Source: Longivirga aurantiaca (GTDB lineage: Bacteria > Actinomycetota > Actinomycetes > S36-B12 > CAIYMF01). From it: DNA of 32,000 bases. Shown here piece by piece: positions 7,217-15,282 of this stretch. Under the pieces are notes generated by a model. It worked only from the letters and a program-made list of their open reading frames with translations, was not told the origin of the DNA and searched no databases. The DNA is taken from assembly GCF_042660085.1 (NCBI RefSeq), contig NZ_JBHSTI010000008.1:1929876-1961875 (forward strand), given 5' to 3'. The position numbers were made by a program, and so were the translations under genes. Numbering within the stretch: position 1 is the stretch's first letter; each line of letters opens with the position of its first letter.

Positions 7217-7438
7217 ATGGGCGACACCGACTGGACCTGGCGCTACGAGAGCGCCGCGGGCGACCTCGTCTCCCTCACCCCGGCCGACACCGTCGACGGC
7301 TTCCCCAGCCAGGCCGACGCCGAGACCTGGATCGGCGAGGAATGGGCGCGCCTGCTCGAGGCGGGCGTGGACGCCGTCACCCTGCTCGAGGGCGACCGCG
7401 TCGTCTACGGCCCGATGAGCCTGCACCCCGCCACCTGA
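7217..7438 (+). CDS. small conserved hypothetical protein (73 aa)
   Basis: This is the in-frame tail of spurious ORF 5834..7438, with ATG at 7217 (or GTG at 7208, overlapping the reductase stop). Sequence is MGDTDWTWRYESAAGD...FPSQADAETWIGEEWARLLEAGVDAVTLLEGDRVVYGPMSL. G/C3 bias is very high. Confidence 0.6.
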   Translation: MGDTDWTWRYESAAGDLVSLTPADTVDGFPSQADAETWIGEEWARLLEAGVDAVTLLEGDRVVYGPMSLHPAT

Positions 7439-7486
7439 CCCCGTCACACGTGATGGGAAGGATTCCGGCGATCGTGGATGCCGGGG

Positions 7487-8872
7487 TCAGGCTGCGGCGG
7501 CGACCAGGGTGCCGCTGTACATGCCCATGACGCAGGCGAAGTCGTAGCGCTCGCCCGCCGCGAGCGGCGGCAGCGTCACGACGTTCGGCCCCGTCCTCAG
7601 GTTCGTCCGCCACTCCCAGCTCACACCGCGCATGTACGCCGCGCAGCTGAGGTCGGACACCGAGGTGATCTCCCACCGGATCGGCACGCCCGGCGCGACG
7701 ACCGTGGTCGCCGGGACGTAGCCGCGCGTGGTCTGCTCCATCGTCACGGTCTGCGTGCCGGCCCCGACGACGACGTTCGGGGTGATCGCCGTCGGCACGT
7801 CCGACCGACCCTGGGTCCAGCCGAGCAGGCCCGCGGCCCCCTGGGCGTTGACCAGCGCGAAGGCGACGAGGAGCGCCCCCGTGATCGCGAGGACCTGCTG
7901 ACGGACCTTCGCCGAGCCGAGGCGCGGGAGCCCGGCGACGGCGAGGAGCCCCGGTGCGGTGCCGATCGCGAACACCGCCATCGTCACGCCCGCGGTGAGC
8001 GCGGATCCCGTGGTCATCGCGTAGAGCTGGATGGCCTGGGTGAAGCCGCACGGGAGGAAGAACGTGAGGGCCCCGAGCACCGCGGTGCGCGTGTCGGAGT
8101 AGGGCAGACCCGACCGCTCCTCGATGCCCAGCCGACGGCCGAGGGACGGCGGAAGCGACGGCGACCAGGCGGCGAGCCGCGGCGAGATCCGCAGCAGCCG
8201 GAGCCCGAGCACGGCCATCACGAGCGCCACCGCGAGGGTGAGCACCGCCTGCGCCTTCTCGGGCAGGCCGAGCTGCGCGCCGATCGCGCCGAGGGCGGCG
8301 CCGAGCACCGCGAAGCCGACGATCCGGCCGCCCTGGAAGACCAGGTGCGGGCGGAGGCTGCCGCGCGTCGGCCGGCCGTCCTCGTAGGTGACCGACGCCG
8401 CGTGCGACGCCGACACCGCGAGCACGAGGCCCCCGACGAGCGCCATGCAGGTCGAGACGCCGGCGGCGAGGCCCACCAGCAGCACGACCAGGAGGCTCCC
8501 GGACGACGTGGACGTGGACTCCGCCACGAGGTCGGGCACGCCGAAGAAGGCCAGGAGGACCGCCCCGACGGCGACGAGGGCGACGGCGACGACCGCCTCG
8601 CGCCAGACGGTGACGTCGTCGCTGATCCACGGCTCGCGGCCGACGCGGTAGCCGGCCTTCTCCACCGCGGCCGACACGCGCGCATCGAGGTCCGGCGCTG
8701 CGGCGCCGTCCGCCACGGTCAGCACGGCGGTCCCGCGACGCACCGACACCTCGGCGTCCAGCACCCCCGGGACGCGGCGCAGGGCCTTGGTCACCCGGGT
8801 CTCGCAGGCGCGGCAGGTCATGCCGGCGACCGGCACGCGCACCTCGTGCGCGCTCGTCGTCGAGCCGGCCAT
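7487..8872 (-). CDS. fusion membrane protein: N-terminal HMA metal-binding domain, DsbD_2 (TauE/SafE-like) transmembrane domain, C-terminal cupredoxin-like domain
   Basis: Listed ORF 7487..8872 with RBS AGGAGG upstream. It carries the HMA motif GMTCRACETRV, the membrane-core motifs GVSTCMALVGG and FFLPCGFTQAIQLY, and a C-terminal beta domain ending YDFACVMGMYSGTLV. Confidence 0.85.
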   Translation of the reverse strand: MAGSTTSAHEVRVPVAGMTCRACETRVTKALRRVPGVLDAEVSVRRGTAVLTVADGAAAPDLDARVSAAVEKAGYRVGREPWISDDVTVWREAVVAVALVAVGAVLLAFFGVPDLVAESTSTSSGSLLVVLLVGLAAGVSTCMALVGGLVLAVSASHAASVTYEDGRPTRGSLRPHLVFQGGRIVGFAVLGAALGAIGAQLGLPEKAQAVLTLAVALVMAVLGLRLLRISPRLAAWSPSLPPSLGRRLGIEERSGLPYSDTRTAVLGALTFFLPCGFTQAIQLYAMTTGSALTAGVTMAVFAIGTAPGLLAVAGLPRLGSAKVRQQVLAITGALLVAFALVNAQGAAGLLGWTQGRSDVPTAITPNVVVGAGTQTVTMEQTTRGYVPATTVVAPGVPIRWEITSVSDLSCAAYMRGVSWEWRTNLRTGPNVVTLPPLAAGERYDFACVMGMYSGTLVAAAA

Positions 8873-8996
8873 GCCACCTCCTGCGCCTCGGACCCGGGCC
8901 CATCATGAGCCCCGGAACCGCGCGGCGCGAGGCAACCGCGCCCCGCCGGGCGTGGACCTTTGACGGCGGGCACCGCCGCGTGGTCGAGTACACCCG

Positions 8997-9140
8997 CCCC
9001 CTACGGTGGGGGTCACAACTGAACACCCGCGCCTGACGTCCAGGGGAAGCCGGTCCGAATCCGGCGCTGAACCCGCAACCGTAGGTGGTCGACCCGTTGA
9101 GGACGGGAGCGGCCGCGAGCCGGAGCACCTGGCGGGCGCG
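8997..9140 (+). promoter_or_regulatory. cobalamin (B12) riboswitch aptamer
   Basis: The conserved core GGGGAAGCCGGTCCGAATCCGGCGCTGAACCCGCAACCGTAGG lies at 9043-9085 and a B12-box-like GAGCCGGAGCACCTGGC at 9117-9133. CTACGGT (9001-9007) pairs with ACCGTAG (9079-9085). It sits upstream of corrinoid transport and nucleotide-loop genes. Confidence 0.85.
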
Positions 9141-9206
9141 AGATCGGCTCACATCCGTCGAGGTCTACGGAACGAGCCCGGACCGTCCCCCTGGTCCGAC
9201 CTCTCG

Positions 9207-9250
9207 CCCCTCGCGCCCGGTCCTCACGGACCACGGCTCGAGGGGTTTTT
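9207..9250 (+). terminator. riboswitch expression platform: intrinsic terminator (cccctcg ... cgagggg + TTTTT)
   Basis: The outer stem pairs 9207-9213 with 9239-9245 and encloses an inner ggtcc/ggacc stem. A T5 run, rare in this sequence, follows at 9246-9250. It lies between the aptamer and the first start codon at 9311. Confidence 0.6.
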
Positions 9251-9310
9251 CGTCGTACGGGGAGCAGTCCGGACCACTTGGTTCGTGCCCGCTCCACCGA
9301 AAGGACCCCC

Positions 9311-10696
9311 GTGGTCACGCTCTCCCCCGGACGCGCTCCGGCCGTACGTCGCTCGCTCGCCGGCCTGCTGGCCGCCGCCACGGTCATCGCCTCCGCCGCG
9401 CTCGGCGCCGCGCCGGCCTCGGCCGCCGAACCGGTCCAGGTGGGGCTGTTCGGCACGCAGGACCCGACCTACGACGGCGTCTTCCGCCAGTCGCTCTCGC
9501 TGCTCGCCTTCGTGTCAGCAGGCGAGGAGCCCCCGGCCGAGGCGGTCGCCTGGCTGCTCGACCAGCAGTGCGCCGACGGCGGCTTCCAGGCCTACCGCTC
9601 GGACACCTCGGCGCCGTGCACCGAGTCCGACCCGGTGAACTACGTCGGCGAGGACTCCAACTCCACCGCGCTGGCCTCGGCAGCGCTCACCGTGCTCGGT
9701 GAGCTCGACGCGGCGGACGCGGCCCTCGGCTGGCTCGAGTCCGCCCAGAACGCCGACGGCGGCTTCCCTTACTTCCTCGGCGGCACCTCCGACGTGAACT
9801 CCACCGCGATCGCGCTGCTCGCGACCAACGCCGTCGGCCTGTCGCCCAGCCAGGTCACCAACGGCTCGGCGTCGGCCGCCGACTACCTCACCTCCCTGCA
9901 GGTCGGCTGCCCCGGCGCGGCCACCGACGAGGACGGCGGGTTCGCGTACGCCGACTTCTCGGCCGGCACCGCGAACGACTCCGCCACTGTGCAGGCGGCG
10001 CTCGCGATCACGGGCGCTGCGCTGCCGTTCGTGGCCGACCCGCCGTCGCTCGACATCCCGCGCGCCGACTGCCCGGCACCCGCCGCGGCCCCGGCCGCCA
10101 CCACCGAGGCACCGGCCGCTGCGGCCGCTGCGGTCGACCTGACGCCGGCCGAGCTCGCGGGCGGCTACATCGCGCGCACGCTCACGGCGTACGACAACGC
10201 GATCCCCGAGCTCGACTTCGGCACCGGCCTGCGCAAGCCCGGCACGGTGTCGGCCGGGGACACGGCCTGGGCCGTGCTCGCGCTCTCGGCCATCGGCGTC
10301 GGCGGCGACCAGCGCGACGCCGCCCTCGACGTGCTGCTCGGCCAGGTCGGCGGCGGGTCCGCCCGCAAGGCCGCGGCCGCCTCGGTCTCGGACGAGGCAC
10401 CGGGCCTGCTCGCCCTCGCGGCGCTGGCCGTGGTGTCCGCCGACGGCAGCCAGGCCACCGTCGAGGGCCTGGTGGCCCGGGTCGGCGCGACGATGCGCAC
10501 CGCACCGGCGTCGTCCAGCCCGACGCCGTCGCCGACCGGCAGCACCGAGCCGACCCCGTCACCCACCGACGCCGGTGGCCTCGCCCCCTCGGGTGCCTCG
10601 CCGCTCACGCCGGGCCTCGCCGGGTCGGGTGCTCTGCTGGTCCTGCTCGGTGCCGCAGCGCTGCTGGTGTCACGCCGCCAGGGGTCGCACGCATGA
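9311..10696 (+). CDS. secreted prenyltransferase/squalene-oxidase-repeat (alpha/alpha-toroid) protein with a C-terminal membrane or cell-wall anchor
   Basis: Listed ORF 9278..10696, trimmed to GTG 9311 (RBS GAAAGGA 7 nt upstream). Signal peptide ends ...ASAALGAAPASA/AE. Repeated QxxDGGF-type motifs are present (QQCADGGFQ, AQNADGGFPYF, TDEDGGFAY). The C-terminus reads LAPSG, then a hydrophobic stretch, then SRRQ. Confidence 0.85.
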   Translation: MVTLSPGRAPAVRRSLAGLLAAATVIASAALGAAPASAAEPVQVGLFGTQDPTYDGVFRQSLSLLAFVSAGEEPPAEAVAWLLDQQCADGGFQAYRSDTSAPCTESDPVNYVGEDSNSTALASAALTVLGELDAADAALGWLESAQNADGGFPYFLGGTSDVNSTAIALLATNAVGLSPSQVTNGSASAADYLTSLQVGCPGAATDEDGGFAYADFSAGTANDSATVQAALAITGAALPFVADPPSLDIPRADCPAPAAAPAATTEAPAAAAAAVDLTPAELAGGYIARTLTAYDNAIPELDFGTGLRKPGTVSAGDTAWAVLALSAIGVGGDQRDAALDVLLGQVGGGSARKAAAASVSDEAPGLLALAALAVVSADGSQATVEGLVARVGATMRTAPASSSPTPSPTGSTEPTPSPTDAGGLAPSGASPLTPGLAGSGALLVLLGAAALLVSRRQGSHA

Positions 10697-11643
10697 CCGC
10701 CGCACGCCGGGGCACGGCGACCGCCCGCGCGGTCGCCGTCCTCGGCGTGCTCGGATCCACCCTGCTCGCCCTGCTCGTGGCCGCTGCCGTGACGGCACCG
10801 GCCGCCGAGGCGGCGTCGTACCGGTACTGGACCTACTGGTGGGGCCAGCCCGGAGCGACGTCGTGGACCTTCGCCCAGCTCGGTCCGGCCAGCGACCGGC
10901 CGAAGGACGGCGCCGTGATCGGGTGGCGCTTCGCCGTCACCACCGAGAGCGGCGGCAAGAAGTCGCCCCGCGCCGCGCTGCCGTTCGCATCGCTGTGCCC
11001 GCAGCTCACCTCGGCGCCCGACGGCCAGAAGCGCGTGGCGGTGGTGGTCGACTACGGCTCGACGTCGGACGCGCCCCCCGGCGAGCAACCGCCCGGCGGA
11101 GGAACCGTGCGCGTCGAGTGCGTGACCGCGGCGTCGAACGCCAACGCGGTCACCGTGCTGACGACGGCCGGGGTGTCGCTGCGCGTCGGCGGCAACGGGC
11201 TGGTCTGCGGCATCGACGGCTACCCGCGCACCGAGTGCGCGGCGGTCGTCGCCGACCCGACGCCGACCCCCACGCGCACGAGCGCCAAGCCCACGCCGAA
11301 GCCGACCACCGCGCGTCCGACGAGCTCGTCTGCCGAGCCGGCGACCACGGCCGAGGTGCCGGCGGCTCCTGCAGGTGGCACCCCGACCACGCCCGCGGGC
11401 GAGACGACGACCCCGGGCGCGTCGGCGTCGAGCGCTTCGGCGTCGAGCACGAGCGCCGCCCCCACCGCGCAGGAGACGGCCGACGGATCGGAGGCACCGC
11501 TGCCGGCGAGCTCCGGTGCTCCGGTGGCGTCCGGCACCGAGGCCCCCGCGGGCGGCAGCCCGCTCGGACCGATCGCGGGTGCAGCCCTGGTCGCGGTCGT
11601 CGGCGCCGGCGCCTGGTGGACCGCGCGCGGGAGGCGGTCGTGA
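10693..11643 (+). CDS. secreted SCO2322-like protein with a DUF4430-like N-terminal domain, Pro/Thr/Ala-rich linker and C-terminal TM anchor
   Basis: Listed ORF 10693..11643, with an ATGA overlap on the upstream stop. Signal peptide ends ...VTAPAAEA/AS. The motif YRYWTYWWGQPGATSWTFAQLGPASDRPKDGAVIGWRF resembles the DUF4430 (transcobalamin beta-domain-like) signature. The tail is IAGAALVAVVGAGAWWTARGRRS. Confidence 0.8.
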   Translation: MTAARRGTATARAVAVLGVLGSTLLALLVAAAVTAPAAEAASYRYWTYWWGQPGATSWTFAQLGPASDRPKDGAVIGWRFAVTTESGGKKSPRAALPFASLCPQLTSAPDGQKRVAVVVDYGSTSDAPPGEQPPGGGTVRVECVTAASNANAVTVLTTAGVSLRVGGNGLVCGIDGYPRTECAAVVADPTPTPTRTSAKPTPKPTTARPTSSSAEPATTAEVPAAPAGGTPTTPAGETTTPGASASSASASSTSAAPTAQETADGSEAPLPASSGAPVASGTEAPAGGSPLGPIAGAALVAVVGAGAWWTARGRRS

Positions 11644-12797
11644 CGCGTCCCGCCCACCGCCTCGGCGGCAGCGCCCTGCCGCGCTGGACCCATCCGGTCG
11701 CCTGGTGGGTCTGGGCGCTCGGCCTCGCGACCGCCGTCAGCCGCACGACCAACCCGCTCCTGCTCGCGCTCGTCGTCGCCGTCGCCGGCTGGGTGGTGGC
11801 GCGGCGGCGTCCGGACGCTCCCTGGGCACGGTCGTACGCCGTGTTCCTGCGCCTCGGCCTGCTCGTGATCGCGATCCGCGTCGCGTTCACCGTGGTGCTC
11901 GGCTCGGGCTCCGGCACCACGGTGCTGGTGACGCTGCCCGAGATCCCGCTGCCCGACTGGTTCGCCGGCGTCAGCCTCGGCGGCCCCGTCACCCTCGAGG
12001 AGCTGCTGGCCGCCGTGTACCAGGGGATGGTGCTGGCCGCGCTGCTCGCGTGCGTCGGGGCGGCGAACTCGCTCGCCTCTCCCGCGCGCCTGCTCGCCTC
12101 GGTGCCGGCCGCGCTCTACGAGGTGGGCGTCGCCGTCGTCGTCGCGATGACGTTCGCACCGCAGCTCGTGCAGGACGTCGGCCGCGTCCGCACGGCGCGC
12201 CGGCTGCGCGGCCGACCCGACCGAGGTGTGCGTGCGCTCGCCGGCTCGGTGATGCCGGTGCTCGAGGGCGCGCTCGAGCGCGCGGTCGACCTGGCCGCAG
12301 CCATGGACTCGCGCGGCTACGGCCGCACCGGGACGCAGTCGCCGGCGCTGCGCCGCACGTCGGGCGCGCTGCTGCTCCTCGGCCTGGTCGGCATGTGCCT
12401 CGGCGTCTACGCGCTGCTCGACACGGGCGCAGCCGGCACCCTCGGCCTTCCGCTGCTGGTGCTCGGCGTCGCGGCGGGGACGGTCGGCGTGCTGCTCGCC
12501 GGACGCCGCAGCATCCGCACCCGCTACCGGCCCGACCCGTGGGCGCTGCCCGAGTGGATCGTGGCCGCCACCGGCGTGATCGTCGCTGCCGTCCTCGTCG
12601 CCGTCTCGATCACCGACCCGATGGTGCTCGTCGGGCCGGTCTCGCCGCCCGCGTGGCCCGCCCTCCCCCTCGTGCCGGTCGCCGCGATCCTCCTGGCCGC
12701 GCTCCCGGGCCTCGTCACACCGCCGCCGCCCGGCATGATGGCGATCGCGTCGTTGCCGGTCCGCACGGACCGCCAGGCGGAGGGGGTGGCCGCGTGA
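11640..12797 (+). CDS. ecfT: ECF transporter transmembrane (T) component, CbiQ/EcfT family
   Basis: In-frame GTG at 11640 (GTGA overlap) within listed ORF 10575..12797. It is a polytopic membrane protein with the coupling-helix motifs TARRLRGR and AMDSRGYG. Confidence 0.9.
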   Translation: MTRPAHRLGGSALPRWTHPVAWWVWALGLATAVSRTTNPLLLALVVAVAGWVVARRRPDAPWARSYAVFLRLGLLVIAIRVAFTVVLGSGSGTTVLVTLPEIPLPDWFAGVSLGGPVTLEELLAAVYQGMVLAALLACVGAANSLASPARLLASVPAALYEVGVAVVVAMTFAPQLVQDVGRVRTARRLRGRPDRGVRALAGSVMPVLEGALERAVDLAAAMDSRGYGRTGTQSPALRRTSGALLLLGLVGMCLGVYALLDTGAAGTLGLPLLVLGVAAGTVGVLLAGRRSIRTRYRPDPWALPEWIVAATGVIVAAVLVAVSITDPMVLVGPVSPPAWPALPLVPVAAILLAALPGLVTPPPPGMMAIASLPVRTDRQAEGVAA

Positions 12798-14425
12798 TCC
12801 GCTTCGAGGACGTCACCGTCACCTACGACGGCGCCTCCGCTCCGGTGCTGAGCAACGTCGACCTGCACATCCCCGAGGGGGAGCTGGTCCTGGTCGTCGG
12901 CCGCACCGGCACCGGGAAGTCGACGCTGCTGCGCTGCGTCAACGGGCTCGTGCCGCACTTCACCGGCGGCACCCTGCGCGGACGCGTCACCGTCGCCGGA
13001 CGCGACACGCGCACCCACCCGCCTCGGGAGCTCGCCGACGTCGTCGGCGTCGTACCGCAGGACCCGCTCTCGGGGTTCGTCACGGACATCGTCGAGGACG
13101 AGCTCGCCTACGGCATGGAGTCGATCGGCCTCGCACCCGACGTCATGCGCCGTCGCGTCGAGGAGACCCTCGACCTGCTGGGCCTCAACGACCTGCGCAA
13201 CCGGGCGCTGCGCTCGCTGTCCGGCGGCCAGCGCCAGCGCGTGGCCATCGGCGCGGTGCTCACCATGCACCCGCGCGTGCTGGTGCTCGACGAGCCGACG
13301 TCCGCGCTCGATCCCGGTGCGGCCGAAGAGGTGCTGGCTGCGCTGCAGCGGCTCGTGCACGACCTCGGCGTCACCGTGCTGCTGGCCGAGCACCGGCTCG
13401 AGCGCGTGGTGCAGTACGCCGACCGCGTCGTCGTCGTGCCCGGCGCGGGCGAGCCGCTCGTGGTCGGGACGCCGGCCGAGGTCATGGCGACCGCACCCGT
13501 GGCACCGCCGGTGGTCGAGCTCGGCCGCCTCGCGGGCTGGTCTCCGCTGCCGCTCTCGGTGCGCGACGCCCGCCGCGCCGCCGGACCGCTCCGCGAGCGC
13601 CTCGAGCCGCTCGTCGCCGAGGCGGCCCTGCGCTCGCGGCAGTCGCTGCACGTCGTGTCCGGCGACCCGGCGGTGTCGGCTCGCGACGTCGTCGTACGCC
13701 ACGGTGCGATCGCCGCGCTGCGCGGCGTCACCGTCGCCGCCGACCGTGGCGAGATCGTGGCGGTGATGGGGCGCAACGGCGCGGGCAAGTCGACGCTGCT
13801 CTCGACGTTCGTCGGCCTGCACACCCCCACCAGCGGCAGCGCGACCGTCGGCGGATCGGTCGCCTCCACGCTGCGCGGGCGCGACCTCGTGAGCCGCGTC
13901 GGGCTCGTGCCGCAGGAGCCCACCGACGTGCTGGTCGCCGACCGTGTGGCCGACGAGTGCACGTCGGCCGACCGCGACGCCGGTGCGGCGCCCGGGACCG
14001 CGCGCGCCCTGCTCGACCGGCTCGCGCCCGGCGTGCACGACGACACGCACCCCCGCGACCTGAGCGAGGGCCAGCGCCTCGCGCTGGCGCTCGCGGTCGT
14101 GCTCGCGGCGCAGCCCCCGGTGCTGCTGCTCGACGAGCCCACCCGCGGCCTCGACTACCCGGCCAAGCAGAGGCTCGTCGCCACGCTGCGCGAGCTCGCC
14201 GCGGCCGGGCACTGCGTGATCCTCGCGACGCACGACGTCGAGCTCGCCGCCGAGGTGGCCACGCGCGTCGTCGTCCTCGCCGAGGGCGAGGTGGTCGCAG
14301 ACGGCCCCGCCACCGAGGTCGTGGTCGGGTCGCCCATGTTCGCGCCGCAGGTGAGCAAGGTGCTGTCGCCGCAGCCGTGGCTCACCGTCGCCGAGGTCGC
14401 AGCCGCCCTCGTGGTGGCGTCGTGA
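12794..14425 (+). CDS. ECF transporter ATPase, fused tandem A/A' ABC domains
   Basis: In-frame GTG at 12794 (GTGA overlap) within listed ORF 11375..14425. It has two full ABC sets: GRTGTGKST / LSGGQRQR / LVLDEPTS and GRNGAGKST / LSEGQRLA / LLLDEPTR. Confidence 0.9.
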   Translation: MIRFEDVTVTYDGASAPVLSNVDLHIPEGELVLVVGRTGTGKSTLLRCVNGLVPHFTGGTLRGRVTVAGRDTRTHPPRELADVVGVVPQDPLSGFVTDIVEDELAYGMESIGLAPDVMRRRVEETLDLLGLNDLRNRALRSLSGGQRQRVAIGAVLTMHPRVLVLDEPTSALDPGAAEEVLAALQRLVHDLGVTVLLAEHRLERVVQYADRVVVVPGAGEPLVVGTPAEVMATAPVAPPVVELGRLAGWSPLPLSVRDARRAAGPLRERLEPLVAEAALRSRQSLHVVSGDPAVSARDVVVRHGAIAALRGVTVAADRGEIVAVMGRNGAGKSTLLSTFVGLHTPTSGSATVGGSVASTLRGRDLVSRVGLVPQEPTDVLVADRVADECTSADRDAGAAPGTARALLDRLAPGVHDDTHPRDLSEGQRLALALAVVLAAQPPVLLLDEPTRGLDYPAKQRLVATLRELAAAGHCVILATHDVELAAEVATRVVVLAEGEVVADGPATEVVVGSPMFAPQVSKVLSPQPWLTVAEVAAALVVAS

Positions 14426-15282
14426 CGGCCACCGCGCTCCCGCCCCGCGACGACGTCCGCGTGGTCCATGTCGGCAGACCGGCTGCCGTCCGCATCGGCC
14501 GCCGCTCGCTCGCCGCGATGGTCCTGGCCAGCGCGGTCGGCATCGTCGCCTTCGCCTGGCCGCTGATGGCACCCGCCGGCTCGTCGATCGTGGCGCATGC
14601 CGCCGACGCCCCCTGGCTCTTCGCCGCGATGCTTCCGCTCGTGCTCGCGGTCGTCCTCGCCGAGGTCGCCGACGGCGGCCTGGACGCCAAGGGCATCGCG
14701 CTGCTCGGGGTGCTGTCGGCCGCCGCTGCCGCGCTCCGGCCGTTCGGCAGCGGGCACGCCGGCTTCGAGCCGATGTGGATCGTGCTGGTGCTCGGCGGCC
14801 GCGCGCTCGGCCCCGGCTTCGGCTTCTGCCTCGGCGCCGTGGGGATGTTCGCCTCCGCGATGGTGACGGGCGGCGTCGGGCCATGGCTGCCGTTCCAGAT
14901 GGTCGGCGCGGCCTGGGTGGGACTCGGCGCGGGCCTGCTGCCGCGGGCCGGCGGACGGCGCGAGCTCGGGCTGCTCGCGGCGTACGCCTTCGTCGCCGCG
15001 ATCGCCTACGGCTTCCTGCTCAACCTGTGGTTCTGGCCGTTCATCACCGCCGACCAGGGGTTCCCGGCCGGGCTGTCGTACGTGCCGGGCGGCACGTTCA
15101 CCGAGAACCTGCAGCACTGGATGCTGTTCAACCTCACCACGTCGCTCGGCTTCGACATCCCGCGCGCGGTGCTGACCGTGGTGCTCGTGCTGGTGGCCGG
15201 TCGGCCGGTGCTGACCGCCCTGCGGCGGGCGTCGAGGCGCGCGGCGTTCGAGGTGCCGGTGCGGTTCGAGGACGTGCGCTGA
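14422..15282 (+). CDS. ECF transporter substrate-specific (S) component, predicted corrinoid-specific
   Basis: In-frame GTG at 14422 (GTGA overlap) within listed ORF 13957..15282. It is a small Gly/Ala-rich integral membrane protein with about six TM helices. Its position after the T and A components, under a B12 riboswitch, supports the call. Confidence 0.75.
   Translation: MTATALPPRDDVRVVHVGRPAAVRIGRRSLAAMVLASAVGIVAFAWPLMAPAGSSIVAHAADAPWLFAAMLPLVLAVVLAEVADGGLDAKGIALLGVLSAAAAALRPFGSGHAGFEPMWIVLVLGGRALGPGFGFCLGAVGMFASAMVTGGVGPWLPFQMVGAAWVGLGAGLLPRAGGRRELGLLAAYAFVAAIAYGFLLNLWFWPFITADQGFPAGLSYVPGGTFTENLQHWMLFNLTTSLGFDIPRAVLTVVLVLVAGRPVLTALRRASRRAAFEVPVRFEDVR

Noticed and set aside
8916-8941. 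Direct repeat aaccgcgc (8916-8923 and 8934-8941) upstream of the HMA-fusion gene, as a possible metal-regulator operator.
   Set aside because: It is an 8-bp GC-rich direct repeat with no dyad symmetry and no resemblance to the CsoR, ArsR or MerR operators I know. It is likely chance in this base composition.
8960-8989. A sigma-70-type promoter for the riboswitch operon: TTGACG at 8960-8965, with possible -10 hexamers TCGAGT (8984-8989) or TACACC (8989-8994).
   Set aside because: The -35 match is good and unusual for this GC content. However, neither -10 candidate fits TANNNT at a 17-18-nt spacing, so I do not report it as a feature. Transcription start mapping is needed.
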